A DNA stretch of 63,718 bases, counting the filler, from Rhabdomonas costata (taxonomy: Eukaryota): NCBI GenBank assembly GCA_019059605.1. It is 48 parts of 48 records of this genome, joined end to end, with 100 filler letters (N's around TTAATTAATTAA, not from the genome) between each part and the next. Parts side by side here need not be neighbours in the genome. Positions count along the whole stretch, not along the records: positions 35,910 to 37,138 come from JAHMHO010022723.1; positions 37,239 to 38,467 come from JAHMHO010022724.1; positions 38,568 to 39,796 come from JAHMHO010022725.1; positions 39,897 to 41,125 come from JAHMHO010022726.1; positions 41,226 to 42,454 come from JAHMHO010022727.1; positions 42,555 to 43,783 come from JAHMHO010022728.1; positions 43,884 to 45,112 come from JAHMHO010022729.1; positions 45,213 to 46,441 come from JAHMHO010022730.1; 40 more parts are not named here. One strand, 5' to 3'. This document shows, in pieces, positions 37,080-49,950 of this stretch. Position numbers and translations under genes: made by a program. The notes below the pieces were generated by a model. It made no database searches and was not told where the DNA came from. It saw nothing but the letters and a program-made list of their open reading frames with translations. Within the stretch, counting starts at the first letter, position 1; every line of letters starts with the position of its first letter.

Positions 37080-38138
37080 CTGAGACGGAATTTGAACCCC
37101 AGAAATTTGAAATAAGGCTCCCCACAGAGCGGACAACANNNNNNNNNNNNNNNNNNNNNNNNNNNNNNNNNNNNNNNNNNNNTTAATTAATTAANNNNNN
37201 NNNNNNNNNNNNNNNNNNNNNNNNNNNNNNNNNNNNNNGTGTGTGGTGTATGTTAGGTGACATGGATGGCAGGTGCTTTGCTTGTTTCATTTGCTTGGCC
37301 ACGCATCCTGGCTACGACATTCTTCTTTTATCCCATCCTTCTTTTCTTTTGTACATTCGAACTGTCTGCCAAAGCAGAGAATTGCTTCGATGAAGTTCAG
37401 TGCGGTGCGATAGTACGGCGCAGAGTGCGTACTCGTGCTTGTGTGTATGGGGGGGATGATATGTGAAGTATTTCCAGTCCAGTGGGATTAAATATGAATT
37501 CCCATTCTCATCAAAAATAACGCCGAGACCGATAAACTACTTGCGCGGTACAATGACATCGCAAAAGCACTTGCTGGGCAACAGGGCACCAGTAGCAGCA
37601 CCGGTGGAGCGCGGGCACAAGATTCATCAAACGGCGCGGGAGGCTGCGGCAGTACGGTAGGCAAACATTTGTGTCCCTTAGGGGGGACCAATCAGACCAA
37701 TCACGATTCGTTGTTACCCAAGATAACCAATATCAGCACTGCATGCTAGTTCCCCCCCCCCCCAATGGTCAGGTTCTCCTTGCCACTTTTGTGCAACCCA
37801 TCACCTGGCCTTGTGCATATGTCCTGGCAGGCCTGGAAGAGACGCTGCGAGCGGAGATTTCGGCACGACTAGAGGCGGAGTATCGCACGAAGACCCAGCA
37901 TGGTGAAGCTCAACGGCTGCAAGCCATCGTCGAGCTGGTCATGCCCCCCCCTCTTTCCCTGACTCATACACTTGCTGACCGGAGCCTCAGCAGATTAGGG
38001 ATCTCAGGTATCACTATCACTTCACGGATCTTCACTCCATCATCTGAAACGATAACAGAGCTATTGCAAATTTGTTAACATTGACCACTGTTCGCTGGTC
38101 AGTGAAACGGGGGCACAAGCATGGGGAGAGCGGAATGG

Positions 38139-38190
38139 GGAACATAGCAAAGTATTTGAACTTTGGAACATAGCAAAGTATCTTAACTTT
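38139..38190 (+). repeat. 26-nt tandem duplication GGAACATAGCAAAGTAT(TTG/CTT)AACTTT
   Basis: Read directly. Confidence 0.85.
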
Positions 38191-39972
38191 TGTTTTTAAA
38201 CGTTTTTACTACAGTTTTATTCACAAGATAGATAATCTGCACAGGAGATTACCCGACCTGTATTGACCACAATTACCAAAGGTTACCGAAAAACAAAAAG
38301 AGTTAAGTTGATACCTCAGCAACTGGGAAACCTTCCGTGTCAGGGTGGTTATATCAAACACCTGGTTTAGATAAAACAACGCCTTCGTTTTCGACTTTCG
38401 GTTCCGGGGGGTGGGAGTTGCATAGGGAGCAGCGTTTCATTTCTCTTCAGAAGCGAGAACAAACCCCNNNNNNNNNNNNNNNNNNNNNNNNNNNNNNNNN
38501 NNNNNNNNNNNTTAATTAATTAANNNNNNNNNNNNNNNNNNNNNNNNNNNNNNNNNNNNNNNNNNNNATTCGGGGATAGCCGTGTTACCGTGCTCGCCGC
38601 TGAGAATTCCGCAATCCTGGAGTCGTAGTTGTCTTGCTTCCTTTCTGTTATCGATGACTCGGTAGGGCGTTTGCCGGGTGAAATTTTCCTCGCCGTACAG
38701 TCCACACAACAGCACATCGCTGGGGAACCGCTCCTCGGCTCATGCCAAGCACTGCTGCGCGACCACCAGGGCATTCACACTGATTACTCCATTGACGGCC
38801 ACCAGAAGGGCACCAGGCTCATTCAGAATGCCGGTATGTGCTTCTGCAGCTTCGCTCGGTAGCCCTAACGCCGTGGCACCGAAGGCCATCTCTACTCTCA
38901 ACTGGGTTAAAGGGACGCGTGTTCATGTGCAAGACAGAAATATTCCGAAGTTTCCAATATGATTCCAAACGGTGGGTGTGCTGAGACCAGCTGGCAGAAA
39001 GAAAGCTAACGGATCCTACGCACGGCTATTGGTGTAAAGCACAGAACCAGAGCCAAAGCGGCGATGAACTTTTGAGCTCACCGAGGGGAGGTGGACGAAT
39101 GCACCGGAAAACCGTCGACTCCACAGAAAGTGAATAGCCCAATTTTTCATATGTTGCAAGATTGCATCTCGCTTGCGACTGTCTTCATATCCTTTGCTAG
39201 CGAGATGGTTCTCTACGCACCTACGATGAAGTTCTGTGTTACCATACATCCTGTTATCGCTCTCCTTTTGATGCTGGAGCTTTTGTGCTCAGCAGGTATA
39301 GCCTTTGCTGAAGGCGTTCATTTGCGGAGCATCAAGGGTACGTCTTCCGCGATGGCTGCGTTCTCCTCGTTGTATGACGGTGCCTCTCTCGTGGTTGCCC
39401 ATTGCTTCATTCACTCTTTTAACAGAGGAGTCGTGCGCAACCTTTGAGGGTTGTCGTGAGCCCACGCCGCACCGAAACGCCTCCATGCTCTGTCCCGGGA
39501 GGCCTTGCACGCAATCCGACTGTTGTGTGAAAGGTTGCTGAATTGCGTTTTCGCTCTGACTCTCACCTGTCACAGTCCCGACTCCTGCTTGGAAGCTGTA
39601 AACCCCTCCTTGTCGAAAAATAGACTGAACGACCGGGTTTCGAAAATGCATTTGATCTGAAGTCTGTTTTGGAAAGGGGCAGCCGCGGACTTTCAAAGGC
39701 AACTAGTTTGCAAGGGTATGACACGGTACCAACATCGGAATGGGCGTTGTGGAATCAAACATAAATTAGAGTTAAAGATGCTAAGGTGTTCACTCTNNNN
39801 NNNNNNNNNNNNNNNNNNNNNNNNNNNNNNNNNNNNNNNNTTAATTAATTAANNNNNNNNNNNNNNNNNNNNNNNNNNNNNNNNNNNNNNNNNNNNTGTT
39901 TTTTTTTTTGAGGGGGCGTCGTAGGCAACACGTTGCAGGAAGGGTGGATGGGGGAGGGTGGCACGGCAGGAC

Positions 39973-40103
39973 CGATCCGAGTGGTGTGCTGGTTCTTCAG
40001 GCAGTCCACGACGCGTCCCCGCACCACGTCCACCACGGCGAGGCAGCAGTTCACCAGGGCGAGCACAACATCCGAGGGTCGCGCAGGACTAACAGCCATG
40101 CAT
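39973..40103 (-). CDS. WD40-like exon
   Basis: CMAVSPARPSDVVLALVNCCLAVVDVVRGRVVDCLKNQHTTRI; GC3-rich and bounded by AG and GT. Confidence 0.55.
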
Positions 40104-41225
40104 CTTGCGGGGCACGGGAGCTCACAGACATGGAAGAAACGCCCTAACCAACAAAGAGGATCCCTAATATATTGCCAGTTTCACCTTAAAAGAGGGAGAG
40201 GTGTTACCAAAATGCCACCTGTTGGTCCCATGAGGGATTTATGGGTTTCAAAAGAAGGTGGTGGGGCCAGCTTACTGGTCATGGTCATATCATGTCCTGT
40301 GAACAGTGAGGGTGTTCGTGGTTGTGTGGGCAATTGGGGACCGCATGTTTAGTGTCATTGTCATCGTTGCCATCGTCCTCACCCGCATGTTCCTCACTTT
40401 GCGGTATAATTGGGGTGTCGCGGTGTGTAATTCCCGGTTCTCTGGGTTTGGCAGTGCATGTTTGCAGAAAGAAAGTTTTGGAAGACTACTGCAACTCACA
40501 GTCAACACAGAAGCCCCCATTCCCCTTACGCACTGTTTGAAAGCCGTGGGGTTGGTACTGCGCCTGAAGAAAAATGGACGCGACCTCCTCGGTCTCTCGT
40601 AATATTTGTGGCCCTCTGTTACGAACTTTTCACTTCTTTCGCTTCGGCTTCTTCCCCCTCGCTGCCACCCTCATTGTGCTCAATACGTGTGCATATGCTT
40701 TTGTCCTGCCTTTCATTCGGTAACCTGCGCCTGCATTTTTGAGTCTTCATTTGAGCCGTGCAACTGTTTATCAGGAAGCAGTGAGGCCTGCTGCTGTGAT
40801 ACTCGCGTATCGTTAATGCTCCTGTCCCCCACCCCCTCATAGCTGGACTTTGCTGCCTAGGGTTTCCGGGGATAGAGGAACCCTGGTATAAAATAGGGCC
40901 TATGGGCCGGACAGGGGTTTTATCAAGTTGCACTACTTGGCCTAGCTTGAACTTCCCCCCGTTTTTCTCCAGGGAAGACCGACAGTGCCCTGGCAATGCT
41001 CGCGGACATGGCCTTCGCGGGGAGCACCCCCGAGGGTCTGGTTCTGGCTGGCAACCTTACCCACCTTCTGCAGCTCCGCAAGCGAAGAGGGGAGCTCCCA
41101 CACCCCACACCAAACACACCAACACNNNNNNNNNNNNNNNNNNNNNNNNNNNNNNNNNNNNNNNNNNNNTTAATTAATTAANNNNNNNNNNNNNNNNNNN
41201 NNNNNNNNNNNNNNNNNNNNNNNNN

Positions 41226-42354
41226 TGGTGACATCCCTGGTCTGCCCTAGCCGGTGGCACCTGCGTGAGTACATCACCCGTCCACCCGTGAATTCAACAG
41301 CTGATGAGAAAAACAGCCAAATCAGCACAGCCGTAGGGGGAAGGTTCGCAACGGGATCAGACACCGCAGTGTAGTTACTGCGACTACTACTGTAGCTTTG
41401 AGGGCTGCGCCGAAGTTCAAGATCCGAGTTTGAGATTGAGAGAAATAATCGTTCTGATCTGAATTAGGTTAACAATGATGTTGGTTGGGCCGCGGATCCC
41501 CGACTTTTGGGAAGCCCAATTTCAAATACCGTAACCCCCCCCCCAGCAGGGCACATACTAAAAATGAAGTGGGTAAACAGTGCCTCTTCGACGGGGAGGG
41601 GACTGACTCACAGTCTGGACAGTCTGCGGCTGCAATAGCCATGATGCAAAGGCCTTTGCCTGTATCATGCCCTTATCACGACAATGCTTGCAATACCTCT
41701 CGGCCCCAAAAGACACCCAACATAAAGAGAATCCCTGCTGACACCCGACACCCCTGCAGGGCGGGACCCACCTGTTCCGGGCCTGCGTCATAATCTCCGC
41801 AGTGATGCACACGTCGAGGAACACCAGGTGGTTGGCCGCAGTCAGCGTCAGACCCGCCGCTGCACTCCTGTTGGATGTTCACAACCAGCAGAATCGCAAT
41901 TCCCTGCCTTCGCAATGCGCCACTGAAACTGATCCCAGACGCCAGTCTCGAATACGCTGCAAATGTGAAATGCTGAGGAAACATGGCAGCCACGAGTCAC
42001 TACGGTACTCAAAGTTTCCGCGGTTACAAAAACGAAAAACGCAAAAGGGATAGAATGCCACTTGTAGCACACGCACCGCAATCCAGTCACACTTGTCCAA
42101 ACGTAATTTAAAGCAGCACCGAAAGATGAAGTAAAACAAAACAATCAAAATTGTGTCCTTCCCGAGCAGCCCTCTCCTTCGGCATCCTCCCGGCGCACCG
42201 AATGGAGGCAGTGAAGACGAAAGCGTCACCGCCCTCGCTTTGGAATCGCTTCAATGCCTTGGAGCGGGCGGTCTGGCTCATTTCCCCTGTCAGGGAGGAA
42301 AACGGCACCCCTGCCGCTGTCAGCACCAGCTGCAGCGCACGCTGTGTGGGCTGC
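41226..42354 (-). CDS. SNF2-family helicase C-terminal domain (RAD5/RAD16-like), 3 exons
   Basis: LTGEMSQTARSKALKRFQ..VFTASIR|SAAAGLTLTAANHLVFLD..QARNR|CHRLGQTRDVT. Confidence 0.92.
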
Positions 42355-42750
42355 CTGCCATACAGCAGAGGGAGAGATAAAATAAGAAATGACTAAAGTA
42401 ACATATCCGACACCTGCCCTGCATCTTGCTCTACCATCCGCCAAAGTCCGGATTNNNNNNNNNNNNNNNNNNNNNNNNNNNNNNNNNNNNNNNNNNNNTT
42501 AATTAATTAANNNNNNNNNNNNNNNNNNNNNNNNNNNNNNNNNNNNNNNNNNNNGTACTCTCACCTCAAGCTCAACACTGGCGACAAAAAACAGGGTGCC
42601 GTCACGTCACCCAATGATGGTTCGTCCTTTTGTCTTTTGTGAAGAGAAAAAGAATGCTACAGTGCCTTGTTTTAAAAGCGAGCAAACGTCGGTGTGCCTC
42701 CTGGTTTACGGATCTGACCCTCAACCGGCCTCCCAACCTTCCGGTGGCCC

Positions 42751-42957
42751 TCACACCGACTTGGGCTCGCCCTTGGCCTTCTCGATCTCCGCGCGGCGGG
42801 CCGCGGCGAGGTCCTCCTCGCTGACGAAGTACGCGGGGTCGGGGATCAGGCGGTGGCTGACGACGTAGGGCCACATCTCCTTCTCCTTCTTGCCGAGCTC
42901 CAGGTTCAGGATCTTGCCCCCCTCGGGGTTGTCCGTGATGTTCCATAGCTCCAGCTC
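42751..42957 (-). CDS. Terminal exon, end of a CS/NudC (p23-like) domain
   Basis: LWNITD..GKILNLELGKKEKEMWPYVV; very high GC3; ends in TGA. Confidence 0.6.
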   Translation of the reverse strand, partial: ELELWNITDNPEGGKILNLELGKKEKEMWPYVVSHRLIPDPAYFVSEEDLAAARRAEIEKAKGEPKSV

Positions 42958-43675
42958 CTGTGAGACCACCCGGGGGTCAGTACGGGTCCAACTTGTGCAA
43001 GAATGAATAAGTTTTGAAAGGTCAGCTGTGACTTGGCAGGCAATACGTACCAAGGTCGGCTTTGCCGAGTGTCCACCTTATACGGCTCACTTGTATTTCG
43101 TGTCTTGTTTCTTTTTTACAAAAAAAAGATAGAGGCAAAACACAACAACTACATCCCCCTTCCTAGCTGCTTCTGCCTCACAGTTTTTTTTCCGCAGCGT
43201 GGTGACCACTGCACACGAACAATTGTTTACATACTTTTTGTTGTTTCCGTCTTTGCTGCAAATTATTGCCTTTTCCTTTCCTGCAAACTATGAACAATGA
43301 TGTTAAGCAAGCGCTCAGCTGCGCGTACCAAGAGAAGAGTAAAAAGCCGCAGCAAATTCAGGAATCGGGGAAACAGGTGACCCCGCCCACCACCACTTAG
43401 CGTGGTGGAAAGCAGCGGGGCAGCCTGCCACATTGCCCGTTACCCGCATCAGCAGCGACACACACAAATCCAACGATAAAAATCAAGCCCCCCCCCCTCC
43501 GGCATGAAGCGAACAATGACGCAACCTCTCTGCCGAGGACACGAGAGCATAAATGGGTCAGGGGGGCATTGAACGATTTTCTGCCGTTGCGCTGTTATAC
43601 GGTATAAAGGCGCTAAACGTCGAAGGACAAAACTAAGTTGAGGGAGCCCAACAAGGCACAAGTGTGCAAGCTTCG

Positions 43676-43783
43676 GTTTGACGTGTATCTCCATGCAGTA
43701 TTGAAAACCATTCCCCCGCCTCAGCCGCTCGCTCCGGGGGGGGGGGAATGGTTTTCAATACTGCATGGAGATACACGTCAAAC
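43676..43783. repeat. Perfect 42-bp inverted repeat at the contig end
   Basis: 43676-43717 pairs with 43742-43783. Confidence 0.95.
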
Positions 43784-43883
43784 NNNNNNNNNNNNNNNNN
43801 NNNNNNNNNNNNNNNNNNNNNNNNNNNTTAATTAATTAANNNNNNNNNNNNNNNNNNNNNNNNNNNNNNNNNNNNNNNNNNNN

Positions 43884-44951
43884 TGTGTGGGGGGGTTATA
43901 AGGTACTTGGGGAGGGCACCTACGGCGTCGTCTTCCACGCTTTCGACCTCCGCAGAAAAGTCGACGTGGCCGTTAAGCGTGTCAACGAGGGAGCTCTCGA
44001 AGTGTGTCATCCGCTCCCCTTTCCCTTCGGAACAGCTTGGCCTTCCTTTCTTCCTTTTTCCTCTTTTGTGATCCAGATAGCTGTATTTTATCGGCGGCTT
44101 ACTTTTTCTTTTCTTTTTAGAAGCTCGCTGTGGGTCGTCGCACATCCGGCTCATGATCACTGCGAGCTTGTTGAAAACGAAAAAACCATAACAGAAACGG
44201 GTACGATGAGAAACCCGCCAAGGCGGTCTCTATTTCCGCTCCCAATAACACAAACAAGAAACGAAAGCACAACATGGGCGTCGGAAGGGAAGAGACCATT
44301 GCGATGGACGGAGGCGAGCGCAAAAAAACACAGTTCGGACTGCGTCAAAGACAGGGCAATTGAAGCGACATCCGTGTGAGCTAGGTCTAAAGGAAATTTC
44401 GGTTGGTATGGAGTATGCACGTGCTGTGTGGTTACAGCGAGCCTGGGGAAGGCACGCCCCGTCGAGTTATCACCTTAGTTGCGCTTCAAACTTTAGCGTC
44501 TGCTTTTGGTGGACCGGAAAAGCGCTTGGCTTCAGCTCGAGGAGTTTTGTGGGGGGAGGCTCAGCCTCGAACCCCGGAGCCGGTTCCAGCTGGCGCCACG
44601 CAGCTCTGAGAACGTCCACCCCAATGCGGTTCTGAAATTTCATGACCGTTCATGTTGGCGCTCACTGGGAAAAGATGGTCACATAAGCCCACCAGGACAT
44701 GCACCACAGGGATGGTATTTGGGGGCCGCCCATCCTCCATGCCTTCTGCCATGTGTGTGTAAATGTGTCTTCTTGAAGACGGGGATGCTTGCCCACCGGA
44801 TCTTCCGGGAGCTGGTGCTGATGCGGCACTTCCAGCTGCTACCCCTGCCCAAACTTGATTGCCCTGGAGCGGGTGCTGGTCCCACCCACCTTGGAGAAGT
44901 TTACTGCGAGCGGTGGGCCGCTGTACATGGTCACCCCACTGATGGAGCGGG
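43884..44951 (+). CDS. MAP kinase (CMGC) N-lobe, exons ..44001 and 44779-44951, with a one-base frameshift near 44833-44845
   Basis: LGEGTYGVV..VAVKRV..E|TGMLAHRIFRELVLMRHF continues in the +1 frame as CPNLIALERVLVP..LYMVTPLMER. Confidence 0.88.
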
Positions 44952-45730
44952 GTTCGTGCCGTCCCACATGTGGTGAGGGTTTCGCTTCTTTCACCGGAAA
45001 CCAATAACTGGAAATCAAATAGAGGAGTCCAATCTCACTCCCGATTCAACTCCGGAGGAGGCTGACTTTCACCATATGCCGGCTGCACCAGTCTGTCTGA
45101 CTCACATACCCANNNNNNNNNNNNNNNNNNNNNNNNNNNNNNNNNNNNNNNNNNNNTTAATTAATTAANNNNNNNNNNNNNNNNNNNNNNNNNNNNNNNN
45201 NNNNNNNNNNNNTGTTTTTGGGTTACATTTTGGCCCAGCATTCGTTCATAATTAGGATATCACTACAAGCACACCGAATTTTCACTTTTTTTCCCAACGC
45301 AATACCTTTAACAATGTGCCCTTTGTTTGTTTAAATGTGTTTAAGTGACCTGCATTATATTTGAGCACTTTATTCCCGTGGGTTGGGTTGAGCTGCGGCG
45401 TTATTTTTTGAATTTCAGTATCATATTTCGGCGGTGTTTGTGTTTTTTGTCTGTGTGCTGGGAGATGTCGATGTCTTCTTCCCTCGGATTCCACGGATAC
45501 CCCTTACCCTTTTTTTTTGTGCCAAACCGCCACTGACACACCATTGCAAGTGGCTTCAGAAAGATTGCCAACCCCCTCCGGCTCTTTTTTCTGATACCTT
45601 TCTTTTTTCTGGCTTTGCACTGTGTTCTCCTTTGGTGGGTGGTTTCTGTTTTGGAATGGAAACAAGAGAACATGACGAAATACAATATACAGCAGCTCTT
45701 CACTTTGCGGGTGGGATGGTTCCCCTGTGC

Positions 45731-46441
45731 AGCGGACCGCCGGCTGGAGTTTATGCAGGGCAACCTGATGCATTACAGCCTCAGCGACGCCACGGTGGTG
45801 TTCATGGCCTCGTGGTGCTTCGACGACGTCCTGCTCTCGCACGTCGCCAGGGCGGCCTCCAACAGTCCGGGGCTGCGTTATCTGGTCAGCCTTCGGCCCA
45901 TCCCCGAGGACCGCGGTGCGTGGGGACGGGCGGTCGTGGGTTGCGGATGTGCGTGTGTGTATCCATGATGTGTGTGATATGGTCGATAAGTGGGGCTCAA
46001 GGGGGGAATGATTCAGAGCATGTGCTGTCTGTGGTAATCTGTGTTTAGCATTATAAACGTTCTGATGTTTTACCAAAGGCTGTGTTTTCAGGGGTATGTG
46101 AAAATTCGCATCGGACCTTTCCCGAACCATTATTCCGCAAGAGAAGAAAAATGTAATTTATGGTGTTGGCAGTGCACTGCCCTCAAAACACACTGGTGGG
46201 TTGTGTTTTTAGGCATCATGGGTGGGGCTTTGACCCTGAGCCAGACCCGTCCGCTGCATGTCGACTGGAGCCCGACTCCTGTCACCGCGTACTTCTACAC
46301 CCCTGCCTGCTCCGCACCCGCACCCATTGACACCAATCACCCTGCGAACCGCTTTATCTACCGACCCAACCCCCCTCCACCCACCCCTAAAGTGGAGGAC
46401 CCCGCTCACGCCATGGCGCCTCCCGCCGCAGACCCAAAACC
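45731..46441 (+). CDS. Class I SAM methyltransferase, DOT1-like, 2 exons
   Basis: LEFMQGNLMHYSLSDATVVFMASWCFDD..RYLVSL and LHVDWSPTPVTAYFY. Confidence 0.65.
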
Positions 46442-46541
46442 NNNNNNNNNNNNNNNNNNNNNNNNNNNNNNNNNNNNNNNNNNNNTTAATTAATTAANNN
46501 NNNNNNNNNNNNNNNNNNNNNNNNNNNNNNNNNNNNNNNNN

Positions 46542-46690
46542 ATTATCACCATAATTCTGCCTTAGAATCCGCAAGGCATCTTGGTACAGCGGCTCTGCTG
46601 CGGAGTACATTCCTTGATCCTTGTAAAAGGTCGCCAAGCCGGTAAGGCACTCCGCCACCTTCGGATCGTCATTCTTCAACTGCTGCTTGT
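46542..46690 (-). CDS. Tetratricopeptide repeat exon (kinesin light chain/NPHP3 type)
   Basis: DPKVAECLTGLATFYKDQGMYSAAEPLYQDALRILRQNYG. Confidence 0.85.
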
Positions 46691-47317
46691 ATGCTTGGCT
46701 TCCTCAAATAGCAAGCCGTCTGGAAGCCACAGTTCTCCCGCTCCAGGGATCCCTCTTGAAGTGATCGCACGTTCGGGCCACCGCTTGATCGCAGAGCACA
46801 GGAATAATCTCAAATCCACCCATTGATGCGTGGACTTCCCTTCGAGCAGTTTTTTCGAAGGATGGATGAGAGGGGGCCAGTGTCCTCCACACACTCTCAC
46901 CTGAACCCCAATGGCCTCTTTTTTCAACCCTTCATTTTCCTCCGCTGCTCAGATTGGGCGTTGTGTGCAGCAGCGCCGAGCAAATTAGACGAACAGCGGT
47001 CTCCAGTTGCAAGCATTTCTCGACAAGGTCCGTGAGACCCGTCCTGTCCGTATAACCTGTCCGGTCCTGATTTTGGTTTGGTTGCGTTCGATTGAGAAGC
47101 GAAGGGCGGGAAATTGTTCTGTCCTCATTTCCCCGATACTGATGAGGCCGTCTGAAAAGGCCACTTTGGGCCAATGGAAACACCCCCAGACAGCGTTAGG
47201 AAAGCCGGTGCGCTTTTTTCGGGGGACCCTCTTAAACCACATGAAAATAGGAATTCGGCTCTGCTAAGCATTTCCTGGACCTTGAGCTTTGGCAAACGAG
47301 TGGGGTGGTTGTTTTAG

Positions 47318-47466
47318 CTGAGAACCCGCTCAGGGACGGCTTCGGGACGGCAGGAGCGGGCGCCAGGGGCGAGAAGGTTATCTGGGGGGACTTGGACATC
47401 AACATTGATACACACGCGAGAGGTTTTCGGGTGGCCGAGTACCCCAGCCAAGTTTCGTACCTCGAG
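47318..47466 (+). CDS. Exon-like segment of an unknown gene, antisense to the TPR gene
   Basis: TTTTAG acceptor, GAG|GT donor, and 38 of 49 codons end in G/C. Confidence 0.4.
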
Positions 47467-49412
47467 GTTCAGCGAAAGCTGTACCAGTTAATGTTGTTAA
47501 ACTGTTTAACATCGCCAAACACATACACACACATGCACACACCAAAAATGCAGCAGATCCCTAGAAAACAGGAATAAGAGAAGGTGCAACGGATTTGAGA
47601 AGACTTTGCAGAGTAAAAAGGTAAAAAGGAATACCTTGAACATGTATTTAAGTGAGCCCAGCCATGACTTGCTTCAAGTACTTGGAAAGAAGGTCCTGTG
47701 GAAAGGCGCCTTGCTTGTAGATCAAGAGCTGCAGCGAGCACAGCAGCTTCTGCATCATCATACACAAACANNNNNNNNNNNNNNNNNNNNNNNNNNNNNN
47801 NNNNNNNNNNNNNNTTAATTAATTAANNNNNNNNNNNNNNNNNNNNNNNNNNNNNNNNNNNNNNNNNNNNGGGGGGGTTGTTTCACCTCCCATACACCTC
47901 CCGAGAAGCGACCAGACAGCGGGAAAGTATTGGAAACTTTTACATTGTGTGTGTGTGTGTGTGTGTGTGCTTGACGCAGGCCCTCGACTCCTGCGACGGA
48001 AACGTGACCCAGGCGGCACAGCTGCTGCTGGCGATTGGAGAGTGAGGAAATGAGTTCACTTGCGGGATTTTTTTTTCGTTTGCGCTTCTCCATACGCGAA
48101 GCCTCTGTGCGGCACGTGTGGGGATTTGTTTATTCGCACCGCAGCCTGAGGTCGAGGCGCGACCAAATCATCCCCGGCTGGAGCCTTTGGCTTAAATGTG
48201 GACCGGGCACTTCTGTGGCACTTGTAGCGCATTGCATGGCACGTTTGCTGTGAGTGATGTTCTTCACATGTGGCCAAGATGATTGGGGTTAACGGGGTTT
48301 CATACATATTTCCCTCTTTGGAATGTCCAACTGAGGTATGTTCCATTAAGGCAATTTGACAGTGGGCAGCATGCAGCACTGTTTCTTTCCTGCTATTCTT
48401 CTTCTCTTCGGTCCTCGCACGTTAATAATCTGCTTGCGGTAAACTGGGACTGCTGCCGCCAGGTATTCATTTCGAATTGTCAGATCCTATTGAATCAACG
48501 AGAAGGGGCAGCAGGACATGGCATGGCACGAACTTTTTTGCTTTCAGTTTTTTGGTCTATTGTGCATTCTGAGTGACTGCAATGGCTTCAGAATGTGTTT
48601 TTCGGGCTGCGCAAGAAGGTACGTTCACTGAAAAGCCTCTCCCTCACTGATTTCGGGGCAGTCTCAGATTTTGTGTTAGCACCTGTTTCACCCTTGCTGA
48701 TGGGTCGTAGCAATTTAATATAATGATGTTCCATGTTCAGGGCTGGATCATCATAGCTATCGTTCCCATACCTGGCATGCCTGACCCTCACGTATCCATC
48801 GATATAAGCGTATCAATTTCGAGTCAAGTTACCAGTTGCTAGTTGTCACCGCTTACAGATGAATGCTCCACCCGCCATTTTAGGGTGTGAGGCCAATCAG
48901 CCGGGGCAGGCCGCGGTCCAAGCTCCTAGCGTGTTGTGGAGAGCCGCCCGCGCCCCGGTGGAGTTGGTGCTCCGACTTTTGGGGAAGCGCCCCTTTTCCT
49001 CTGCGCGGAAGTCCGACCCCTGCGGGTACTTGTGCGGGAGGGGTGAGACCTATTATCCCCATCTTCTCACACTGGTCCTTTGTTCAAACCCAACCCACCC
49101 NNNNNNNNNNNNNNNNNNNNNNNNNNNNNNNNNNNNNNNNNNNNTTAATTAATTAANNNNNNNNNNNNNNNNNNNNNNNNNNNNNNNNNNNNNNNNNNNN
49201 GCCAACGCTTGATTTGTGGGCTCGACAGAGGTATTCTTCAAAGCGTTTTTGTGATGTGGTTGGCTGGCTTTGTCGTATTGCCTTTTTTATGGTTGTTTCG
49301 TATTTGTAGGCATGTGCGTCTGTTGTTTGTCCAAACTTTAGTCGTGATTTGCGCAGGACATACCATTTTGTGTGCCCTTTTTGGAAGAGGGTGCTTGCTC
49401 CGCTCATTGCAG

Positions 49413-49950
49413 ATCAGCATTCAGCAAATCGAACGCCCTGGGGTGCTCCTTACGAAGCCTCAGAACGCCGCGGGCTGCCCCTCCTCGGGCTGCGGGGTGG
49501 ACTACGCGGGGGCCGCCGCCCTTGCCAACCTTTACTCTGGATCCGTGGCCCAGGCCATAGCCCAGGACTACCGCCATTCCATCTCTGTGCTGTCTGTGGC
49601 GACCAGCCTGAGCTCGCTGAACGGCTCGCTGGTGTTCGAGATAGAGCTCGGTGAGATCGCGGATACAATGTTTGCACCCCTGGGCTCGATCAGCACGCAA
49701 ATCAACGGCATGCTCAGCGGGACGACGGAGCTGCTGATGGGGCGGAAGGTGACGGTGAATGGGACGGCGACCTATATGTACCTGACCACGCTGCGGCACA
49801 ACTGCTCCTCATCCAATGGCACGCAGTGCAAGTTCGATGAGGCGATGTACAACTCCGCGGTGCTTTGCCGGGATGGGTCAGCGACGTTGGCGGACTATCG
49901 CGGGGTGCAGACGATCGTGAGCTATGCATGCTGGCCAGAGCTGAACATAG
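49413..49950 (+). CDS. Cache-like extracellular sensor domain exon
   Basis: A long GC3-rich exon ending GSATLADYRGVQTIVSYACWPELNIG, which is a dCache-type motif. Confidence 0.65.
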
